Shown here piece by piece: positions 1 to 7,254 of a stretch of 32,000 bases of DNA (positions are counted from its first letter, which is position 1; each line of letters starts with the position of its first letter). The notes beneath the pieces are model-generated. The model was not told where the DNA came from, did not search any database, and saw only the letters and a program-made list of their open reading frames with translations. The stretch is from Candidatus Poseidoniaceae archaeon (lineage in GTDB: Archaea; Thermoplasmatota; Poseidoniia; Poseidoniales; Poseidoniaceae): assembly GCA_943789275.1 (NCBI GenBank), contig CALSTM010000001.1, positions 1 to 32,000 on the forward strand, given 5' to 3'. Made by a program: the position numbers and the translations under genes.

Positions 1-627
1 GTGCTCTTGCTCGCAGTCATTCTGCTGCCTTTCGCCAGTGCTGAGACCTATCGAATCTCTGGCCGGGCAACCTATGCAGACGGTTCAGCCGTCCAACTTG
101 ACTACGTCTCCGTTCAGTGTGAACAAGCGCAATTCGACTGTTACCAATACCGAGGAACCAATGTCTTAACCGATGCATATGGCGACTTTACCATCGTCAT
201 TGATGCTGACGCTGAAGAAGACGAACTGGATATTCTGCTTGCTCTGCGTGGTGAAACATTCCTCCATACCATCGATATCTCTGCGCATGAGGCATCTTCA
301 GAAGGCAAACTCTACCAAGACATTCAATTGGCACAAAATCCACCTCCATCTGGCGTATTCATGGGCTTTGGCTGTTTTCTTGTCCTCTTTGTTTTGGTTT
401 TCGTCTCCGTCTTGCTGCGAACCGGTCGTCGCCTTTCAACCGCCCAAGGTCGTAGGGAGTTTGCAGGTTTTCGACCAGCTCGAATGTTGGAATGTCCGAA
501 ATGCAAGGAGCCAGTCGTCCAACATGAACTAATCAAACATTTCATCATTGAGCACGATCTTGACCCTGTGGATGCTGGTCAACTGACGGGTAAGGTCATG
601 CGTCGCTTGTGGTCCGAAGAAGAGTGA
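1..627 (+). CDS. membrane-anchored protein: signal-peptide end, carboxypeptidase-regulatory-like ectodomain, one TM helix, cytoplasmic C2H2-like zinc finger (5' end probably outside window)
   Basis: The ORF is open to the window start. LLLAVILLPFASA/ETY looks like the end of a signal peptide. ETYRISGRATYADGS...TDAYGDFTI resembles a CarboxypepD_reg-type beta-sandwich. A hydrophobic stretch GVFMGFGCFLVLFVLVFVSVLL is followed by RTGRR. The C-terminal ECPKCKEPVVQHELIKHFIIEH gives C-x2-C-x11-H-x4-H. Stop TGA at 625-627. Confidence 0.6.
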   Translation: MLLLAVILLPFASAETYRISGRATYADGSAVQLDYVSVQCEQAQFDCYQYRGTNVLTDAYGDFTIVIDADAEEDELDILLALRGETFLHTIDISAHEASSEGKLYQDIQLAQNPPPSGVFMGFGCFLVLFVLVFVSVLLRTGRRLSTAQGRREFAGFRPARMLECPKCKEPVVQHELIKHFIIEHDLDPVDAGQLTGKVMRRLWSEEE

Positions 628-631
628 GCAA

Positions 632-719
632 TCACATGTTACGTCGGTATTGGCCACCAACGTTGAACAGCGCATCGGTAATTTGTCCGAGTGAGGCGAC
701 TTTGACGGTCTCCATCAAT
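632..719. repeat. left copy of 88-bp direct repeat: orphan duplicate of the icmF 3' end (last 27 aa + stop)
   Basis: 632-719 matches 3865-3952 at 85/88 positions (constant offset 3233 nt). On the minus strand it reads METVKVASLGQITDALFNVGGQYRRNM*, identical to the IcmF C-terminus. The 3 mismatches (633, 653, 659) are TGA/TAA stop, GGC/GGG Gly and GTT/GTC Val, all silent. Confidence 0.9.
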
Positions 720-797
720 CTCAAATAGAGTCATTACTGCAAAATGAATCACTGTAATTTTGACAATGCGTTCAAATACTGTGGTCAGATGAATTGA

Positions 798-1091
798 TTG
801 TGTCCCTCTTACATTACGTCTGTGTCTGTGGAAAATGCCTGGTCCGGAAAAGTCACACAAAGTGTAGACCTTCTTTCGGTTGAAGATGCTAGAAAAGCCC
901 TCTTCATTGCGGATCTTACTTCCAAGAATCTTGTCGATCACAATGTGCCAAACATTCCATTTCCCTCAAAATTATTCGACTTCAATTCCGAAAAACTTGT
1001 TTCAGTATTCTATGGTGCTAACGGCTCAGGAAAAACTACTGTAATGCAGTTAGTTAACGGTTTTTCCTCAATATTAAAGCCTCTTCTTTGA
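798..1091 (+). pseudogene. ATPase segment 1 (Walker A / P-loop)
   Basis: The sequence ...NVPNIPFPSKLFDFNSEKLVSVFYGANGSGKTTVMQLVNG... has the typical N-terminus of AAA_21/ABC-type ATPases. The track start is a TTG. GTG at 945 would give the usual ~25 residues before the P-loop. The segment ends CTT CTT TGA (1089-1091). Confidence 0.6.
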
Positions 1092-1155
1092 CCAACATAG
1101 CAATCAAATTACGAGAGGGGCATCTCTTGCAGACCTCAGCGATTGGAGTAACGGC

Positions 1156-1923
1156 GTGATACCAAAGGGTTTCCAAGATGAAAAGAATCCTCGTTGCATT
1201 AAGTTTCTTCAATTTGGAAATAATCCACTAATTGCAAACATCACTTCAAGTATGGTTCGTAGGCGTAACCCACCTTTTTCCTCTCCATTGGAATCCATAG
1301 ACTGGAGAAGTAAGTTTCGTTTTTCAATGGAGGGAGTATGCGTTACTCCTGAACTATGGGATTTGACCGAGGATGAAAGTAAAAAAGTAACTATTGACTC
1401 AAGGTATAAGATTGAATTACTACCAACAAATGGTGGAATTTGCCTTGATTCTAATGGTCTCATAAAGGATAATAAGAAGGTAATCGAGAATTTGGAAGGT
1501 ACTTTCTATGCTCTTCGAATTGAATCAACCTCGTTTGAGAACCACATTCAATCTAGCATTGGAAAAGAGCATGATGGCCCAATGATGGAAATCAAGAAAA
1601 CAGATGACGAAACTCTTCAACACTCAATGAAATACGAGATTCCTCTCATGATACATCCGGATGGAGGTGTTCTTGTAATGAGTAGAACAGTAATGGATTT
1701 CTCAGAACTTTGGAATCCCGAGAATTCGGAAAGAACTGAACGATTCTCTGGTATAGAGGAGGAGGATATCGTGGTGATGAACGAGGAAAAGAAGTCGCAT
1801 CTTCCACTACTACATTACATGCTTGAAAGACCTTATTTAGCCGACGCAATTGGTTTCAGTGACTTTTTCAACTCTTTATGCGTAGGTCCAGCTTCTGCCG
1901 AAGAAAGAAAATTGTCAATTTAG
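1156..1923 (+). CDS. hypothetical 255-aa ORF; most likely segment 2 of the interrupted ATPase (insertion domain)
   Basis: No motif was recognised. The frame is already open from 1078, overlapping the stop of segment 1, and the track start is a GTG. AT-rich codon usage matches the rest of the islet. Confidence 0.4.
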   Translation: MIPKGFQDEKNPRCIKFLQFGNNPLIANITSSMVRRRNPPFSSPLESIDWRSKFRFSMEGVCVTPELWDLTEDESKKVTIDSRYKIELLPTNGGICLDSNGLIKDNKKVIENLEGTFYALRIESTSFENHIQSSIGKEHDGPMMEIKKTDDETLQHSMKYEIPLMIHPDGGVLVMSRTVMDFSELWNPENSERTERFSGIEEEDIVVMNEEKKSHLPLLHYMLERPYLADAIGFSDFFNSLCVGPASAEERKLSI

Positions 1924-2596
1924 CCGACAAATGATGTACGAACTCTTTTCAGAAGGCACACGCAGTGATTTCTTTCTTTCGTTCGATATGAAACCCCACA
2001 TATCGAGGTGGAAAAGGCAATATGGCCCTTCCTTCACTTCTTGATAAATCACATTTTGAGCGTTGGGAAGAGACTTTGGAGAGCAGGGACGAAGCCTCTT
2101 TCGAGTGGAGTGTAGATCGCTGTCAAGGCATTGATTTTTACGACTTGGCCATTTCACTTCAGTCGGAGTATATTTGGCCATCGAATTACACCCCGAAGAA
2201 ACTGAAAATGCCTCCTAAGAAAGTGGGTCGATTTACCTAATTTAGACGTTCTCGACAATCGTGCAGTGTTCAACCATGCAAGATTGATTTTGAACACACC
2301 TGATACCGCCTATGATGCAATTACAGAATTTCTCTCAATGACTTTTGATAGCAACAATATCGAGGGCTTGTACGATGCCTTTGTCGAACTCAAATCACTT
2401 ATACCCAAATATCGTCAAGATTCCAAGAGATATGGGAACACTATTGACAGTTTCCTTTTTGGTGAAATTGTCTGGAATAAACCCAACAATTGCCATCCTT
2501 TCGACTGGTTGATGGAAAAAATACTCTGAATCCTTTACCGCTAAAGGCTTTGATGAAGAACATGCTAAGATTGCTGCACAATCTGAAATCAGACAT

Positions 2597-3076
2597 TTGA
2601 TTAAGAACGGTCTTGAACAGATTTGGTTCCAAGAACTTGAACAACATGTTGTTTCAAATCGATTTGAACTCATGAACCAATTGCTGGAGAAGTATCTTAA
2701 TATCTGCGTTCTTGAACCGAATCAAGGCTTCAACCCTAACCGCTTGTTGATTAGAAAAAATACGGATAAAACTCTTCCTCGTCATGGTAGGTTGAAACCA
2801 AATATAGCAATCAATCAATTCTCAAGCGGTATGAAGAATTTGTTTAATCTCATTATGGCACTTGGTAATACCGAAATAAAAGGGCCACTACTCATTGATG
2901 AACCTGAAATTTCACTTCACATTGATTGGGAATACGCATTGAAGGATATTGCCACAAGTTTAGCAGATTCGACGAAGCGTCAGATCATTTTCTCGACCCA
3001 CTCACCGGATTTAATCATGAACTTTGGTGACCGGTCGAAAGTGTTTTTATCGGAGTATGAGCATGATGGCGAATGA
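2597..3076 (+). pseudogene. ATPase C-terminal segment (signature motif, Walker B, D-loop, H-loop); frame open from 2513
   Basis: INQFSSGMKNLFNLIMALGNTEIKGPLLIDEPEISLHIDWEYALKDIATSLADSTKRQIIFSTHSPDLI is a canonical C-terminal half of an AAA_21/ABC ATPase. It lacks its own P-loop, so it cannot be a stand-alone ATPase. The track start at 2597 is a TTG. Confidence 0.7.
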
Positions 3077-3860
3077 TATCCTTCTCCCTTCTTCAAAACC
3101 TTCTTTGAAGAATCGCGTTCTTTTGAGAGCTAAAAACAATGAATCCATTATTTTAGTTGAAGGATGGGAAGACCGTCAGTTTGTTAAAAAGGTGATTGGA
3201 ACGAAGGAAGAACATTTTATTCAGGTTTGTGACGGAAAAGAAAATGTCGTCAGCTTTCTTAATACTGTGAACGATACTACGGAATCAACTGCTTTTGCTC
3301 TCGTAGACATTGATTATGATTGGGCAAGAGATGAACCTCCAAATTATCTTGAAAACGAACACATCTTCCACTATCCAGCGCATTCACTTGAATCTTTCAA
3401 ATTCTTTTTCGAAAATGACGAATTCATCTCAAACCATGTTCAAACTGGAAATATTTCATTTGCGATAAAATGTGCAGTGATTATAGGACGGTTACGGGCA
3501 TGGAACTCTTGGAGAGACTTGGGGAAAAATTTTGACAATAATCTAGACAATGTTAAGTTTGCATTCAATACCTCATTTCCTTCCCGCGATCATAATATTT
3601 TTCTCACACAACTTTTAGAAATTTTTGAACTTGGACCAAACTTCTATTCCAACACACTTGATCAACATCTCAATGCAGCACAAATGAATGATTCGTTCAT
3701 AATTCATGGAAAGGACTTGCACAAGTTTTTCACTTACATGCAAGATGGTAAAAGTTTCAGACTCATTAGTAACCATGAACTCTCGTTAAGAGTGAGAAAT
3801 AGCACAATGCACAGACAATTCTTGGAAGCCAACCTCATCAGTGCCGAGAATGGAAATTAA
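3057..3860 (+). CDS. Toprim-like (DUF4435 / PARIS AriB-like) putative nuclease
   Basis: The ORF is intact. ATG at 3057 (or ATG at 3063 with GGAG 7 nt upstream) overlaps the ATPase stop at 3074-3076, suggesting translational coupling. The N-terminal ESIILVEGWEDRQFV carries a Toprim-type Glu, and FALVDIDYDW carries the DxD motif, both as in DUF4435/OLD Toprim domains. Assignment is by motif only. Confidence 0.6.
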   Translation: MSMMANDILLPSSKPSLKNRVLLRAKNNESIILVEGWEDRQFVKKVIGTKEEHFIQVCDGKENVVSFLNTVNDTTESTAFALVDIDYDWARDEPPNYLENEHIFHYPAHSLESFKFFFENDEFISNHVQTGNISFAIKCAVIIGRLRAWNSWRDLGKNFDNNLDNVKFAFNTSFPSRDHNIFLTQLLEIFELGPNFYSNTLDQHLNAAQMNDSFIIHGKDLHKFFTYMQDGKSFRLISNHELSLRVRNSTMHRQFLEANLISAENGN

Positions 3861-3864
3861 CCGT

Positions 3865-3952
3865 TTACATGTTACGTCGGTATTGCCCACCGACGTTGAA
3901 CAGCGCATCGGTAATTTGTCCGAGTGAGGCGACTTTGACGGTCTCCATCAAT
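3865..3952. repeat. right copy of 88-bp direct repeat (functional 3' end of icmF)
   Basis: See 632-719. This copy is contiguous with the intact 1112-codon icmF ORF. Confidence 0.9.
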
Positions 3953-6900
3953 TCTTCAAACACGTTTCCTCCGAGCCTTGCAACTTCTTGCAATTGCTTG
4001 AGTGCGGCTTGGGTCACTTCACCCTCAACGGTTTGACGCTCAGTCACTCGCTCTAAGCACGCTTCTTTTTCTTCAGGCGTTGCACGTGCCAATTCCATTT
4101 CGAAATCATCGGCACTCGATTCATCGAACACCTGAGCATTCGGATTCTGGAAGGTATTGACACCAATAATTGGCAGTGTTCCATCGTGCTTGAGGTGTTC
4201 GTAATACATCGATTCATCCTGAATCTTACCACGCTGATACATGGTTTCCATTGCACCAAGAACGCCACCTCGTCGGCTGATGGCTTCGAACTCTTTGAGC
4301 ACAGCCTCTTCGACCAAATCGGTCAACTCGTCAACAATGAACGAGCCTTGCATTGGATTTTCAGTCTTGGTCCAGCCGCTTTCCTTGTTGACAATCAACT
4401 GGATGGCAAGGGCTCTACGAACACTTTCCTCGGTTGGCGTTGTGATGGCCTCATCGTAGGCGTTGGTGTGCAGAGAGTTTGCATTGTCTTGAATGGCAAG
4501 CAGGGCTTGGAGTGTCGTTCGAATATCGTTGAAGTCGATTTCTTGCGCGTGGAGGCTGCGTCCACTGGTTTGGATGTGATACTTGAGCTTCTGACTTCGC
4601 TCATCTGCATCATACAAGTCTCGCATGGTGATGGCCCAAATACGTCGAGCAACTCGGCCAATAACCGTGTATTCAGGGTCAAGTCCGTTACTGAAGAAGA
4701 ACGACAAGTTCGGTGCGAATTTGTTGATGTCCATACCTCGACTTCGATAGTATTCAACATAGGTAAAACCGTTGGCAAGTGTCAGTGCCAATTGCGTAAT
4801 TGGATTGGCTCCAGCCTCGGCAATATGGTAACCTGAAATCGAGACCGAGTAGTGGTTTCGCACACCTTGGTCAATGTAGTATTGCTGAACGTCGCCCATC
4901 ATCTTGAGTGCGAAAGGCGTTGAGAAGATACAGGTATTCTGTGCCTGGTCTTCTTTGAGAATGTCGGCTTGAACGGTTCCACGAACTGTCTGTAAGGTCC
5001 GTGCTTTGATTTCGCCGTAGGTGGCAGCATCGACCATTTCATCGCCTCGACGTCCAACGGTAGCAAGTCCAAACGCATTGTGACCTTCAGGCAAATCGCC
5101 TCTGTATGCTGCCTCTTTCAATTCGATACTCTTTCCTTCTTTGACAAGGTGTGCCTCAACCTGTTGGTCGATAGCAGCATTGAGGAAGAACGCGAGGATG
5201 ATTGGTGCAGGTCCGTTAATGGTCATGCTGACCGAAGTGTTCGGATCGCACAAATCAAATCCAGAATACAGACGCTTTGCATCATCGCATGTAGCAATAC
5301 TGACACCAGAGTTTCCAACCTTGCCCCAAATATCAGGGCGTCGAGCAGGGTCACGGCCATACAGAGTCACCGAGTCAAACGCTGTTGATAATCGAACGTA
5401 GTCTTGGCCTTTACTCAAGTAGTGGAATCGGCGATTGGTTCGCTCGGCCTCGCCTTCTCCTGCAAACATTCGAGCCGATAACTCGTCGGTTCGCTTGAAC
5501 GGGAACACGCCTGCTGTGAACGGGAAATGACCCGGAGCGTTCTCTCTCTTGATGAACGAAAACAATTCGCCGTCATCAGCAAAGGTCGGAAGAGCAACAC
5601 GAGGAATGTCGGAATGCGCTAAAGATTCGGTTGTGGTTTGGACCGTGAACGGCTTGCCCCGAACGTGATAGGTGAACTCGCCGCTTGAGTACTGTTCGGC
5701 AAGTGCTCGGAATGCAGACAATTCCTCTCGGGCCGTTTCAATCGATTCAAGAATCTCATCAATTTGTGCTTGCAGGTCAGCAGCGATGGTATTCGCACCA
5801 CGCTCAGTCGCATGGTTTGCAGCAGTCTCAAGGTGTTGGCACAAGCGCAATTGCTGTGCAACCGCTTCGTGTCCTGCATGGTATTCGCGCACCGTTGCCG
5901 CAATTTCGGACAGGTAGTAGATGCGTTCTGGAGGAATAACGCCCTTGGTCGTCCCCATCTCACCAACCGGTTCGCTCGCTTCAAAACCAACGATTTCAGA
6001 GAGTTTGCACCACAGCCGGTCAACACCACCGTCAGCAAATTGGCTGGCAATGGTCGCTACGACTGGAAGTTCTTCATCCGCAACGTCAAACATGTTTCTG
6101 TTGCGTCGAACTTGCTTTCGAATGGCCCGGAAGGCGTCTTCACTGCCACGCTTTTCGTACTTGTTGAGCACGACGATATCAGCGACATCGAGCATCTCGA
6201 TCTTTTCGAGTTGGGTATGTGCACCGAACTCAGCGGTCATGACGTAGAGCGAATGGTCGGCCACAGATGTGATGGCATCACTGCCTTGACCTATGCCGCT
6301 GGTCTCGCAGAAAATCATGTCAAATCCAACCGCTTTGGCCACCTCAATGGCTCGGTCGAGGTTGGCACTGATTTCAGAACCAGAGCCTCGGCTGGCGAGG
6401 CTTCGCATGAACAAGTCATTGTTCGAAAGTGAGTTCATCCGGATACGGTCGCCAAGCAACGCTCCTCCAGTTCGCTTTCGTGTCGGGTCAACGCACAGCA
6501 AGCAGACTTTCTTACCCGGATTGTCGCGTTGAATACGCAGCATCAATTCATCGAGCAGACTTGACTTTCCTGCTCCACCGGTTCCGGTGAAACCAATCAC
6601 GGGTATATCCTTGTCAGAAGACCGTGCAGTGGCGATGGCAGCCTTGAACGTCGCATCATCGGCGCTTTCTGACAGCGTCATCAACAAGCCAACTTTAGCC
6701 ATGTCTTCAGCAGTCACCGGTCCATCGATGGAAGCAAGTCTCGTTTCGCCAATCAAATCGACTTCGGATGCTTGGCCCATCAAGTGATGAATCATACCCA
6801 TGAGGCCCATGGTTCGCCCGTCGTCCGGTGAGTAAATCTTGGAGATCCCCGATTGATGCAGTGTTCGAATTTCTGGTGGCGTAATGGTTCCTCCACCGCC

Positions 6901-7203
6901 GCCAAAGATACGAACATGGTCGCATCCTGCTTCATCGAGCAGTTGACGAATGTAGGTGAAGTACTCAATGTGCCCACCTTGGTAGGAGGTTAGAGCCACA
7001 GCGTGAGCGTCTTCTTGGACAGCGCAATCAACCACAGCCTTGGCCGATTGGTCGTGACCCAAATGGATGACTTCAGCGCCCGAGGATTGAATCAATCTTC
7101 GCATGACGTTGATGGCTGCGTCGTGACCGTCGAACAGCGATGCTGCAGTGATGACACGGACCGGTCCGGTCGTCGTCTCGAATACGGGCTCTTCATCGGC
7201 CAT
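3865..7203 (-). CDS. icmF: fused isobutyryl-CoA mutase (B12-binding domain + MeaB-like G-protein + mutase substrate domain)
   Basis: 1112 aa. The N-terminal VITAASLFDGHDAAINVMRR carries the DxHxxG B12 motif. GFTGTGGAGKSSLLDEL is the MeaB-type P-loop. The large C-terminal domain is of the methylmalonyl/isobutyryl-CoA mutase type. Domain order and length match IcmF. Confidence 0.9.
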   Translation of the reverse strand: MADEEPVFETTTGPVRVITAASLFDGHDAAINVMRRLIQSSGAEVIHLGHDQSAKAVVDCAVQEDAHAVALTSYQGGHIEYFTYIRQLLDEAGCDHVRIFGGGGGTITPPEIRTLHQSGISKIYSPDDGRTMGLMGMIHHLMGQASEVDLIGETRLASIDGPVTAEDMAKVGLLMTLSESADDATFKAAIATARSSDKDIPVIGFTGTGGAGKSSLLDELMLRIQRDNPGKKVCLLCVDPTRKRTGGALLGDRIRMNSLSNNDLFMRSLASRGSGSEISANLDRAIEVAKAVGFDMIFCETSGIGQGSDAITSVADHSLYVMTAEFGAHTQLEKIEMLDVADIVVLNKYEKRGSEDAFRAIRKQVRRNRNMFDVADEELPVVATIASQFADGGVDRLWCKLSEIVGFEASEPVGEMGTTKGVIPPERIYYLSEIAATVREYHAGHEAVAQQLRLCQHLETAANHATERGANTIAADLQAQIDEILESIETAREELSAFRALAEQYSSGEFTYHVRGKPFTVQTTTESLAHSDIPRVALPTFADDGELFSFIKRENAPGHFPFTAGVFPFKRTDELSARMFAGEGEAERTNRRFHYLSKGQDYVRLSTAFDSVTLYGRDPARRPDIWGKVGNSGVSIATCDDAKRLYSGFDLCDPNTSVSMTINGPAPIILAFFLNAAIDQQVEAHLVKEGKSIELKEAAYRGDLPEGHNAFGLATVGRRGDEMVDAATYGEIKARTLQTVRGTVQADILKEDQAQNTCIFSTPFALKMMGDVQQYYIDQGVRNHYSVSISGYHIAEAGANPITQLALTLANGFTYVEYYRSRGMDINKFAPNLSFFFSNGLDPEYTVIGRVARRIWAITMRDLYDADERSQKLKYHIQTSGRSLHAQEIDFNDIRTTLQALLAIQDNANSLHTNAYDEAITTPTEESVRRALAIQLIVNKESGWTKTENPMQGSFIVDELTDLVEEAVLKEFEAISRRGGVLGAMETMYQRGKIQDESMYYEHLKHDGTLPIIGVNTFQNPNAQVFDESSADDFEMELARATPEEKEACLERVTERQTVEGEVTQAALKQLQEVARLGGNVFEELMETVKVASLGQITDALFNVGGQYRRNM

Positions 7204-7254
7204 GCCGATGCCACAGGCTGTTGGTTCATCAACTCAGCCCTTCCAAGTTGAGGC

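Larger units (their letters stand above)
798..3076 (+). pseudogene. OLD/PARIS AriA-like ABC-type (AAA_21-like) ATPase with a very long insertion between Walker A and signature motif; interrupted five times
   Basis: Walker A GANGSGKTT lies at about 1005-1035. The ABC-signature-like QFSSGMKNLF, Walker B LLIDEPEISLH and H-loop FSTHSPD lie at about 2815-3010. These are in different frames. Between them exactly one frame is open at every position. Successive open frames overlap at 1078-1091, 1886-1923, 1992-2044, 2206-2240 and 2513-2529. Together this reads as one ~700-codon gene. Segments: 798-1091, 1078-1923, 1886-2044 (ATG at 1931), 1992-2240, 2206-2529, 2513-3076. Confidence 0.6.
720..3864. 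mobile_element. AT-rich ~3.1-kb inserted islet (integrase-less; possible remnant of an integrative element) carrying an ATPase + Toprim-like gene pair
   Basis: The region lies between the two direct-repeat copies. Hand counts of sample 60-nt lines give about 35-40% GC inside versus about 50-55% in the flanks (rough estimate, not computed over the whole region). All islet coding is on the + strand, wedged between two convergent host genes. No integrase, transposase or tRNA was seen. Confidence 0.55.

Noticed and set aside
639-941. 100-aa minus-strand ORF at the islet edge as a candidate integrase or excisionase remnant
   Set aside because: No recombinase motifs were recognised. It runs through the direct repeat in a different frame from the icmF tail and overlaps the ATPase 5' region. 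It is probably spurious.
1089-1100. Stop-codon reassignment (TGA read-through) as an explanation for the broken ATPase
   Set aside because: Reading through TGA 1089-1091 hits TAG at 1098-1100 two codons later. Host genes in the window terminate normally on TGA, TAA and TAG.
4186-6432. Long plus-strand ORFs inside icmF (4186-4836, 5764-6432 and others)
   Set aside because: These are antisense shadow ORFs of a well-supported 1112-codon gene, with no motifs.
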